Assembly: GCF_002571385.2 (NCBI RefSeq)
Contig: NW_019217977.1
Location: 192,434 to 256,433 of the forward strand
Direction of reading: 5' to 3'
From: Stylophora pistillata
Lineage: Eukaryota
DNA length: 64,000 bases
Positions within the stretch are counted from its first letter, which is position 1. Every line of letters starts with the position of its first letter. The position numbers were made by a program, and so were the translations under genes. Shown one piece after another: positions 47,438 to 59,381 of the stretch. Below the pieces are notes generated by a model, which was not told where the DNA came from, made no database searches, and was given only the letters and a program-made list of their open reading frames with translations.

Positions 47438-50400
47438 ATGGTACGGGAAACCCGCCACTTGTGGGTTGGAAACCTTCCGGAAAACATCAGAGAAGAAGAA
47501 ATTGTCAAGCACTTTACTCGGTAAGACTCTTAGCGTCGATTTTTGGCGCGGATGTGTTTATCTCACTTGTGTTTGCTTTAAAATTCGCACCTTGGCCGTG
47601 TTAATGCCGCTCTTTAACTTGATTTTATCGTTTGAGGATTATTTTTCCGTATCGTGAATCAATACGCTCGGTTTAATTTTTGGCTCTTCAGCTATAGCTC
47701 GGCTTATATGTTTGTGTGTTATGGTAATGTGAAAAAGTTGTAGTAACGCTACAAGATTATCTACGTTTTAGCACGGTTGATCTTTAAATTGTCTTTTAAT
47801 CTTCTCCACTTTATTTTAAGATTGATTTAGACACAGATAAAGATGTTTTTTATTATTGTTTGGAAGTCCATCTTCACCCATACGACTTGCTCGCCATCTG
47901 GTGATAGAAAGTTCCTGGTGTTGTTAGAACGGTTGTTAAAATTACTTGTTTTGGTCCCGCCTTATTCAGAGTTGTTCGCGTTGAATTGCAAAATAAATCA
48001 ATATGCCCGCATTGAGACGTTAGAATTAAGAATTTAAAAGAAGAACTGTAGATACAAAACTGTGGAAAGTATAAATTTACTTCGAATAGAGAAAAGTGAT
48101 TTTCGATTTCTTTAACACCCGCCCCGTTTTTGGCTTCCCGGAAGTTTCGTGTTCCACGTCACCAAATGTTGGTTTCGCTTTTTTCATGTGCCGGTTAAAT
48201 TGTTTATTCGCCTCTTGTTATCTCGTAGATATGGCCGAGTGGAAAGTGTCAAAATCTTGCCTAAACGTAGCGCAGAAGGAGGAAGAGCTGCTTTTGTAGA
48301 TTTCGTGGATATTCGGAGCGCTACCAAAGCTCACGAATCTGTGAATCGAATCGGTGACCGCGAAATGCGAACAGATTACAACGAGCCGGGCAATGCGGGT
48401 AATATCTCCCGGCTGCACGGGCATACGGACCCTCCCTCGAGACCTACGAGTAACACAGCCCCAGGATCGCCCGCACAAAGACGACGATTTGAAAGAAGAC
48501 CGGAGGGGTAAGTGAAAAGGTTCATGAGATATTTCATATGTGTAAGGGCTTTTTAGTGGTGACGGCCTCTTGTGGATAATTAAACGTTATCTTCAAATGC
48601 GGTGAAGTTTAGAAGAAAATACTGTAAGTATTTGGGACAAGATGTATTGTGTGGCATATGGTATGGTTTCTTGAAATTATGAAGACAGTTTTGTTGAAAA
48701 AATTAACATCCTTGCAACTTCCTTACTTGACTTCATACTGGGAAATTGTGGTACACAGAATACAAATAATTCCTGAACAAGATCTTGTAGTCTCATCTCT
48801 TTTGGCGTTCTCCCTCTGTAAAACAAGGAGTGCACTGCAACTCATGTAAAATGAAGTGGAACTTTTTGGAAAAGAAAGTATGGTTGAAAGGAGTACAGCC
48901 CTGGATGAAATGGTACCTGGTCAAGATGTCAACTAAAATGGGTCTAAGGGTATGAAACTGGACAAATGATTTGCGACGTCTTTGATTATTGATGATATTG
49001 GATTAACAACATTTGAGGAGAAATGTTACTTGTACAACAGCTACACTAATGCCCATCAAAGAAGATAGTCTTGGGTGACTGACAAGGAACAAGTGAAAAG
49101 TGTCAAGATTGTATGGTTAAGGAGGGGATCTCCCGTGAAGAGAAGACAGTTCTTAGTATTTTGGATCAAGATTATTTGTGACTTCCTAAGTACATCAAAC
49201 TCATGGCTTCAATTTCAAGTTTGTGAATGAATTTACCAAGTTGATTTGTGTGGCTTTTATCTTGTGTGGTGTCAAGTTCCAGTTCATAGATGCAGGAAGA
49301 TTACCTATTCCACTTGTCAAGGCTTTTTAAGGATCACAAGTTGTGGGTTTAGAGATGTCTTTCCTTGAGTTTACTACAGATGGTGTCACCAAATACTGAT
49401 GTTTGTGGTGTTTAAACATTTCAGGTGGAACTATGGTTTTGGAGTATGGTGATCTTTCCTGAAGCATGCGGTTTTGTGAATGTCTTTCAGAGCTTTTTTA
49501 GATATTTTTCGACATGATCTTTCAAGTAACGTTGGTCATACCCTGTTCTAACATTGTTTCAACTATTCATCTTTTGAAGTGTTCACATCTCTTACTAACA
49601 TAAACTTTGTCTGTACTTCAACAAAATTCCCAAATTACTGACCTTGTTTGTTCGATCAGGAATGACTTGTTGTTTTTGTTTGTCCTAACAATAACTTGGA
49701 GTTTTGACTTGCCTTACCAAGATTTAAAGCAGTTCCATTTGAGAGAGAGAATTTGGCATTTAGTTTAGAAAGCATGATGTTGACAACATCAGTGGAAGTT
49801 CAAGATTTAGACAATGGTTTATGCAAAGTCTGGATAACAGATGTTTTTGGAGAGGTTCTAGACATGCGTGGACAAGAAAGGACATTGAGGAATATAGGAT
49901 TGTTTGCAAGCAACTTGAATAAACAGCTTCCGTGGATGTGTGGTTATCAATGGAATAAAGTTCATCATTAATGAAAGGTGTGGTGAAGTTTTCCCATGAA
50001 AAGTGGTATTGAATCCATCAAGTGTTTCTGGCTTTGAAATTCCAAGATTTCATCTTTGGTCAACCTGACTTGTTGCATCTCGTATTTGATCTTGTCTCAG
50101 TGTAACATTGTTGTCTTTGAGCATTTTCACCATCTTCTATATTCTGTTTGGATCAGATCAAGTGAACTTGTGAAAGTCTATTGAAATAAATCTTTGTAGA
50201 GAACCATTCAACCTTTTGATTGTCTCAAATTCCCTCAGTCATTATGTGGAGTGTAGGGAGTGTTTTGTGGCTTAAAAGTTTTATGGTCTTCATGGGTTGT
50301 AAGTGTTATCTCATTGAAGCCAATGGAAATCAGTGGGGATGACCTTAATGTAAAAAAAATATACAATGAAGAGTTCTTGTGAAGTTTGGTGTTCTTGGGC

Positions 50401-53400
50401 AAGAAGCCCAGTTAGGGTTATATTCGGTCAGGTTAGTATTTTATTCACTCGAATTTACACCTGGTTTACCTGTTCATTACTTTTAAAGAACATTGTTGTC
50501 TTAAACACCTTTGGGAATGAGTAATTTTTTACACTGACCACATAAGGTTTTAAAATATGATGCTTTTCTCACACAACTTGAAAAGAAGGTGGATGAAAGA
50601 TAATGGAGGAAATTTTGAAAAAGAAATACATTGTAATCACAAATAGTTATTTTTTAAACTAATGCTATTATTGAAATAATGAAGAAAGTTAATTTAGGTT
50701 TATTTTTCACAGCAGTGGACCTGATGGGCGTTATAATGGTCGATCACAAGCCTTTTACCAAGAAGATTATAGTGAAGATGAAACTGGATCCTCTAGGGTA
50801 TCTGCCAAAGGAGGAGGCACTACAAGCCGGTCAAGACCTCGCAGTAGTGGAGATCATCGACGTCAACCTTATAGTCATGAACCCCGTCGAAATACCCACA
50901 AGTTACCTGGTGAGTTAATGAATGCATATCATGGAATAGCGAGCATGTCTCTTGATTGTGTACATGATATAACTTGCATCCTGTGACATGCAAATTGCTA
51001 CCTTATTAAAATTCAAATGTCTGTAGTTTTGCAAGTAATCTGTTATCATATTGTGGTCAGTTAGTTGGTACAATAGACTCCGGTACTGGCAGAAAATCAT
51101 CTTGTTGTTTAGCAGTGGCAAGAAGACTCTTTTGTGGTCTGTGAACAGTTGACAATGAACTTTGAGAGTTTTTGAGAAAGTTGTGTCTATGCCTAAAAAA
51201 AAACTCAAGTGTGAGCCAGTATTAACAAGACAACATCTGTCATCATTCTTTGTTTAGAAGCATATCGTGATCAAGAGCCCAGTCCAGATCACACCAGTGG
51301 TAGTGAAAGTGGAAGTGAGAGCAGCCACAGTGGGAGTCAGTCTGCCAGTTCAAGTGGCAGCAGCAGTAGCGAGGAAGATAGCAGAGCTGGAAGTGCTCAT
51401 GGGAATGCACCACCTCCTGGAGAGGTGCCACAGAGTACAACCAGAACATCATCACTTTGTTTGAGGAATATTTCATTGAGATCAGGAGGTAGGTATTAAG
51501 TAATAAATAGTTTCAGAGGAAAAACTAATTGTATGTAATTTTTGTTTAGTCAAGTTGTAGTATGAAGTAAATTGCATCAACTACACTTTTGATATCTATA
51601 CTTTATTAGAGCAATTTTCAATTAACTGTTGAAAATAATCTGTGAGTACTTTAGTTTAACTAAACCTTGCTCTGTAATTGGTCCTGTTTTGCAGCTAAGT
51701 AAATATCCACTATTTTTCTTCTCCAGTTTGGTGAACAGTTGTCAAGTATTATAGCATTTTAAAGATTATGTTGATCATATGAAACTAATCTTTCCTGTTT
51801 CATTTTGTAGATAGTGGTGTCCGCGATGGTCTTTACCATGAGTTTAAAAAGCATGGGGATGTGACACGTATTTCTGTAAATGGGCAGGGAACCAGCAGAT
51901 ATGCTATTGTACAATTCAGAAGGTGAATAACATACTCACTGCATGAACTTCTCTTTTTTAATAAACTTCTGAAGCTATCATGGTTTTAGTTGAGGAGACC
52001 AGGCTTACTAGCAAATTGTAGAGTTTTCACCCCTTCACTCCCAAGATTTCTTTAATAATTCTTATGTCTGCCATAAAATTCTGATGTTAGTTTAGAGAAT
52101 GTGGTATTGGATCAACTGCTAGTCCCCTGATTGATCTTTTTCTTTATTCTCATCACTTGTCTGCTTGATATTGTATTGCTATTGTAAGGAGAAATTCTGT
52201 CTTGGTCACTCATGGGAGTTAAAGGGTTAAAAAAGAGCTTGTTCAACCAAGGAGTTTAATGTGTGGAATCACAAGAAGGGTGCCTTTTTCATGTCTTTCT
52301 TTCTCTGGTCTGATATTGTAGACTCACTCGGAATCCCACAGCTGCCATAATACTTTTCTTTTTGGCACACAGTGCAGATAGAAATAACTGTTGTAACATC
52401 AAGGGAAGAATCATGCTGGGTTTACTCACAGAAATGTTGTTTTGATTGTTGTTAGACCTGAAGATGCTGAGAGAAGTCTTGAAATTTGCCGTGGCAAAAT
52501 GTTCCTTGGTTCTGAGATGGATCTTCAGTATTGGCAAAGTTAGTTTTAGGATCAGATATTTTATAGAATCAACCATAGTTAATGTGTTGTGTGTCATGCA
52601 TTCTGCTTAGGAGAAGAATGGCCTAGCTTACCATAAAGTCTCTATAGCTCAGTTGTTAAGGCCCAAACTACATATCAGAATGTTGTAGGTTTGATTCTTA
52701 TTGGGAGCACTCGTTAGTTGTTCTTTTCACTTATGCCTGTCATTGCCTGAATAACATCATCTTTCAATTTAGAAGATTGGAGTTATGTGATTCCTCTGGA
52801 CTTGCAACGTGTTTATTTTTTTTTTTTCTCAGTCATATTCTTAGAAGAGGAATAGAATAGTTTGATTGTAATACATTTCTTTTTCGCAGATGATCGATAT
52901 GAGAGCAGTGACCACTCTCGCCATCGCCCACATGCCAGTTCCTTGATGGATGAGGATTTTGATCCCGGTTGTACTCGTACTCTGTTTGTTGGGAACATTG
53001 AGAAGTCGACAACATATGCCGACCTCAAGGAAGCATTTGAGAGATATGGTGAAATTGTGGTAAGTGTACTCATTTAATTGTGTGGGGGGGGGGGGGAGAG
53101 GACATTTACTTCAAGGTGACATTTCAGGAGACTGAAGAGGTTCATATGCCTGGAAGAATGGATCCAAATAGATGTATCCCACATGCAATGCTCCCACAAA
53201 AACTGCTTGGTGAAAGTTGTAGACAATGAGGGCAGCTGCAAATCAATTCAAATGAACAACTTCAGGCCTATTTGTTTCCAAACGCTGAATGTGGCAGTTT
53301 TTGCAAATTTTGAAGTTAGAAGTAATCTTTGCAAAAAGGGAAAGATTACTTCTAACAAGAGCTTTGAGTGAGGTGAAAGTTTTGCCAACAAAATGATGCT

Positions 53401-56400
53401 GGGTTGACTGTTAAAATTCTCCAAGAAATTAAATTTGTAACTAAAAGGCAACATAGATGCATTCAAGCAATCCTTGCAATTTTCAGTCAAGAACTGAATT
53501 GGATGAAGAAATAAAAAATTCCTTTTTAACATAAAGATGGTTCAGTAAGGACTAATGAAGCCTCCTTCATTGTAGGATGTTGATATCAAGAAACAGACAG
53601 GAAACAATCCATATGCATTTATTCAGTTTGTTGAACTCAGCAGTGCCATCCAAGCTCGTCGACGAATGGACAGGGAATTTGTAGGAAGGAACAGAGTCAA
53701 GGTACCTTTCACTAGAAATGTTGAAATTTGATATTCAAAAGCCTCCTGGTACCTTGAGTGAAGCGTTCTCTCAACTGGTTATGAAAGACGAAGTGATATA
53801 AGAGACAAGAATGTGAAATTTCCCCATGAAAAGAATGGAATGAGCAAATGTTCCATTTTGTATTCTTGTCACACTTAAGGCATGCATCCAGGGGTCATAT
53901 TGTGATGCGCAATTAAAACTCTACAACCCAAGTTTGCCAAACTATAAGGGTTTTTATCACACTTTTAACCCTTGAACTCCTTAGAACTGATNNNNNNNNN
54001 NNNNNNNNNNNNTTGGTGTCAAGAATCTGGTGTTAGATCTAGAAAACACCTTCTTCCTGATAGGCTTGAGTATTCTCATTACCTGTTTACTGGATAGGGC
54101 TGCTATAGGGAGAAGTTACATGTTAATCACTTCAGGGCGTTGTTGAAATGTTAAGCTTGCATCACAGAGACTTATTTTGAAGCAGATGTCCAGCTCTATC
54201 ACCTATGATAGTGAAACCACATTTTGAAAGTTTCTATCATGCCAGGGAAAATAGAACATTTTCAATCATCTTTAGGGCAGCCAAACTGTTTCTCATTCCT
54301 CTTGAATCATTTGTGTTTCAGGTTGGATTTGGCAAGGTGTCCCCCATAAACACCATCTGGGTAGGGATGCTGGGTGATCTGAGTGAGCAGCAGATTGAGA
54401 GACACTTCAGTCGATATGGGCGTGTCACTAAGGTGGTGGTGAATTATCACAGAGAACAGGCGCTGGTGAGTTTTGACAGCGTGGAATCTGCCAGCATTGC
54501 CCAAGCAGAGATGAAGGGCAGGAATATGTTTGGAAGGCGTGTGAGGGTAAGAATGGAAACCTCAAGTAAAAAAAAAAAAAGATTCTATCTATAAGAACGA
54601 CTACTCATGAGGTGTTCCCTATTTTGTCTTTATGATTCAGGTTGAGTTTGTAAGTCGCGAAAGCCGACAACTTTTTAACGACGCCTTGCAACGTTCTGCT
54701 CCGTCTGACAGCAGCAGTAGTAACCGAAGATACGAACCTTCATCCCCTAGAACACGAGGCAGAGGCAGCGGCAGCGGCCCCGGGTATTACGATCATCGAT
54801 GGGAAAGAGGCCGAGGAGGGCGCGGGACTATGAGACGCGAGATGTCCAATCACCGACCTTGGCATAGAGGCGGCGGTAACTAAGACTATCCTGAGGGTAG
54901 CGGTTATCACCAGAGAGGCCATGCTCGTTACCGCTCGTCGTACGAGATGGGTGGAGACGAGTCAGATGACTATGATCAAGAACTGCGGGAATATAACTTC
55001 AGTCGGCAGAGAGAGAGGGAAAAAGAACAAGGCCGACAAAGACATGAGAGAGGCACACGAGACAGGGGGGATAGGGAAGATGCTAGCTACAGTGCAAATG
55101 AACGCTTCTATCAAGACAATCAAGACCGCTGGCGGGAAAATAGAAGTAGTTCGGGCTCTTTCGAAGAACCACGTGATCGTAAAGAAACACGTTCCCGTGA
55201 ATTACCGGTCGAACCCGACCGAGAAAGAGCTGGGTATAGTGAAGATGATGAGCGAGCTGCCATGCATAACAAACCGTCAATTCGCGACGTTGAGCAGGAA
55301 GAAAAGCGACCGAGGAGAAAAGAGAGAAAGAGAAGGAAACCTCCATCGCCAACTCCTGAAGCAGCGGACGGAGAGAAAGAAATCGTAAGTGGAGGTGAAG
55401 AATCTGCTGAGAACCGAGGTCTTGAGCAAAAGGAGCCGAGGAAAGGTCGTCGGGATGGTGATACTGAGACTGCTGCACAAAAGAGTAAAAAGGTAGAGGC
55501 AGCAGATCGAGTCTGGGACGAGCGACGAGTGGACGGTAATGGTACCAGGGCTTTAGAAACACTTGTGAAAGACGGCGAGACAGAACTTGCTCCTGCATCG
55601 CCTCTACCCGAAAAGAGCCTCAGAAAAAAGGAGAAAAAGGATGTAAAGAAACGGAAGAAACACAGGCGTATCCGAGCTTCGTTGGGCGAAGAAGAGGAAG
55701 AGCGGGAGCGGCAGGAAGAAACTGCGCTCACTGCCGAGGAAGCAGCTGGCAGGGAGGCCTCTGATGTGACCTTGTCTGTCATTAAACCAAGAGACCACGT
55801 TGTTACCACTGACTCACACACACCTGAAATCATGGACGGCGATGTTCTTGAAAAAAAGAGATTTGATCAACCTGAATTTGAGAGTCAGAAACCTGTTAGA
55901 CGTCATTCTACTGAGGATAGGCCGCCTAAGGAAGAAAGGGATTTTCCACGCGAATCTGGGAGCCGGTCACCTCGGAAGTCGCACAGAGACGAGCGACGGC
56001 GTGACTGGGAGAAGACAGATGGTGTGAGGCAAAAACGACGACGGACGNNNNNNNNNNNNCCCCGAGAAGCTTCTGAAGGTTTCCCGCCCACCGAGATTTT
56101 GTCAAGATTAGGCCCATCTTCAGACGGGCTTCCCGCACAGGTGGTTAAATCATCATTTGATATAGCGGCGCCGACATTACATTACGATGGAAACCGTTCG
56201 GTGCCTTTGGGATCATCCCCTGCTACTCTCAGTCCCATTCCCCCTGCTGGTATACCGCTAAACCCAGCGGTTGTGGCACCACCCAACGTTTCGACACCTC
56301 CATTAGCAGTGCACTCTCCTGGGCTGCCTATTGGGGTTCCTGTGGCACCAGATTTGGGATCTCCCCAAGGTTTACCCCCTCCTCCCCCACCACACCCAGA

Positions 56401-57553
56401 CTACAACCTTTCGTCGGCCGTCCCACAGCCGTCGAACACGGACACGCTGTTGGACCTGTTGCGGCGGTATCCAGTCGTCTGGCAGGGGTTACTGGCTCTG
56501 AAAAACGACTCTGCAGCTGTGCAGATGCATTACCTGGCTGGTAACGGTCGCTTGGCCGAGGTATCCCTACCGCAAGCTCCCGCCAATGGGGTAGGAGGTG
56601 TCCCTCCTCCCATTCGAATCGCTCAGCGGATGAAGTTGGAACCGTCACAGCTGGAGGGTGTCATAAAGAGAATGCAGGTATGGGGCCGTGACACAACGGT
56701 AGACTACGCATAAACTGGGTCATTTTTTTCTATCGTGTAAAACCTCTGGTAGGAGACCATAACTTGTTAGTTTATTGAGATGGAATTGTACAGAAGAGGC
56801 AACAATAATGTTAGGATATCAGAGAAGATTCAAACGGAATGCAATCAACGAACTGGAAAGTTTAGGCTGAATTTGTCGAGATAAACATTCCTTGACGTGC
56901 CTATTTTTTTTATTAGAAGCATTAAAAAAAGTCACGTTTTGGTAACTTGGAACAAACCCTGAGGAGACGCTGAAAGCAAATCTTAACACGCGACGTTCGG
57001 TTTTTTTTCTTTTACTTTTGTTCTTTACATATCTCACGTTGAAAGTGTTTTTTGAGTATTGGCCAACTCCTGAGAGCGTCTAGTTGTATTGAGATTTAAT
57101 CGCGCTTTCTACGTCGCATGAGCTCACCGCAGTGTTGTCGATTTTCTCAACAGTCGGACAAAGATCACTGTCTTTTGTTGGCACTGCCTTGTGGCCGAGA
57201 TCCTTTGGATGTCCACGCGCAAACACGCGCATTGAAGAGCGGTTTCATCAATTATCTGCAACAAAAACAAGCGGCAGGGATCATCAATGTGGCACGACCA
57301 GGCAGCTCTCAGGTGAGCGAGGTTTTTAAAGAATACTAAATTAAAAGAAAAATAACTTGTTGGTCTTATTTTTATTGTATCATTATTTTATTTATTAATT
57401 TTTTATTTTTTATTTGTCCCTCAGCCCAGCTACGTTCTTCACATTTTCCCACCGTGCGACTTCGCTCAGGAGCACTTGGCCCGAGTCTCCCCAGACCTCT
57501 TGGACAGCGCTGCGGACAGTGGGCACTTAATGGTTGTGGTAGCCTCTGTATAA
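47438..57553 (+). CDS. SPEN: SPEN / split ends / SHARP (4 RRM + SPOC), with one in-frame TAA at 54881-54883 and a 12-N gap
   Basis: Exons 47438-47520, 48229-48507, 50713-50909, 51258-51488, 51811-51922, 52456-52538, 52890-53059, 53576-53701, 54322-54546, 54641-56677, 57154-57312, 57425-57553. The N-terminus MVRETRHLWVGNLPENIREE...YGRVESVKILPKR is SPEN-diagnostic RRM1. RRM3: TRTLFVGNIEK. SPOC: LLRRYPVVWQGLLALKNDSAAVQMH...IRIAQRMKLE...FINYLQQKQAAGIINV...LHIFPPCDF...HLMVVVASV*. Confidence 0.95.
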
Positions 57554-59381
57554 GTGAATGACATTTGAGCGAGGTAGCTTGTTCAACTTGAATGAATCCT
57601 CTCTACTGTGAGGAAAAGAACTCCAAATGGAAGGGAGAAGCATTCAAGGTTCTGATGGGGTGGGATCCTTAAAACTGCAGCAACCTCGCGACTGGGTCTT
57701 TTTTTATTGCTACCCAGGAGACAGTGTCGATTGGATGGATACAAACAAGATCTGTATTTCTGGAACCGTAAAGGAGTTATCGACCGGAGAGGCATGATAT
57801 CTTTCGTCTGATTGGCCAGAGCAGAGACGCCGCAGTTACAAACAGCGCTAAGCGTTTAGTAGAAGAAACATATACGTTTCTGTCATGTTTGAGACTTCGA
57901 CGCCACGTAAAGGAGGCGGGAAAGTTTGCAGCTTAATTTTGCATCCGTTTAGTTAATTTTCAGTTAGAGGAATTAGTTAATACAGTTGTCACAGTAGTGG
58001 AGAAATTTAGAATTGTATTTTCTTAGTCTTATGAATTTGCCGTGAGTAGTTTTATTTTTATGAATAATTCGCTGTGATGCGAGTGCCGTATCAAATGTAT
58101 TCCGTGGTTAATGCGTTTTAACCCTTCGGTCATTAAGGAGTGACTAGCAACTAATTTACCTTCACAGTATTACCCTTGAATCACACATATTAAGGTCACG
58201 AGTATAATGGAAATGAGCACCAACTAAAGGAACTCTCAAATGGGAAACAAATTCATTGTAAAGAATAGTGTGGAAAATTTTTTTGGAAACTGATTGTCAG
58301 GGTGTTTAGTGTTCACCAAGGTTTAGGGCTTTCAGCAAGGTGTCTTCATTGAAGAGTATAACTTGATTCTACAATAGTGAAGTAAGGCCTCGCGAAAGTT
58401 CTAAAAGTAACTAAGTAGAAATTTTGTTTCTGTCAGATTTTTGTCCTACTATCCTGAAAGTAGCTGCCCTAAACGCTAGGAGGGCGTATGGGCATGACTG
58501 ACTGATTCTTGAAAGGAGAGTATCGTATTTGCAGCATGAAGAAAATGTTGTTTCCAGTTTCGTTTGCTGTTGGTTTTTATTTGTATATTTGTTTGTTCGT
58601 ATTTATATTTTGTATGTTTGATGTTTTGTTTTGTTCTTGTTTCTGTTTTTTATTTTTTGTCTTAGGAGTAAGGTCCTAAGAAGTGGTAATTTATCAAGTG
58701 TTCAGTAGTTTAATTACCATAAATTAACGCAACTACCTAACTGAAAAAGAGCGAATCCTACGCACAGCTTCTCAACCTCCTTCCCCAAAATAGTCTTGCA
58801 TCCAGACCCTTCACAGCCAAGTGTGTTATGTTTACACGTTAGGATCTGGGTACGAGACCGCTCCGGAAGTACGTTATTTGAAGTATACAAATTGAATACT
58901 TGTGAAACCGGTTGGCAAGCTGTAAGAGCTTTCCACGTTTCCCCAAAGTACTTTTTCTCTACAAACGGGTAAGTGCAAAGCTTGTTTTAATTCTTCTGGA
59001 TTTATGAGTAGCAATTTTAAATAAAACTAGTTTTATGTCTAGAGGTGTAAAGCAGGACTTAGTTACCTGATATCAATGTCGTTTTAAATATAACAGAGCC
59101 AGTCGATCTTGTTTGTATATTTTAAATTATTGAAATTAGGAATAAAACAAGATCACCGCAGTTTGCCTGGTTTGTTTCTGTCATTTGGGTTGATTTGCGA
59201 GGAACTGGAATCAATAGACTGAGTAACCGCGTCAACTTGTTGTTGCGTAAGCACATGCGCACTATCATGAGAGCTCGAGCGATGTAAATCAGTCTGTCAA
59301 CTTGATGATCCGTCATTAATCCGCGAGTTGCAAGTGGAAGCTTACAGTTTTGTCGGAAACGAATATTACTTCTTCGTAACG

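Noticed and set aside
54881-54883. Selenocysteine or an alternative genetic code as explanation for the SPEN stop
   Set aside because: The codon is TAA, not TGA, and TAA is the normal terminator of GNB, SPEN and the SIX6OS1-like gene in this window.
55083-55833. Antisense ORFs of 171 and 237 aa over SPEN exon 10
   Set aside because: Shadow ORFs of a purine-rich low-complexity exon, with no domain or splice support.
47438-57553. RBM15/Nito identity for the RRM-SPOC gene
   Set aside because: The MVRETRHLWVGNLP RRM1 and the SPOC sequence are SPEN-type.
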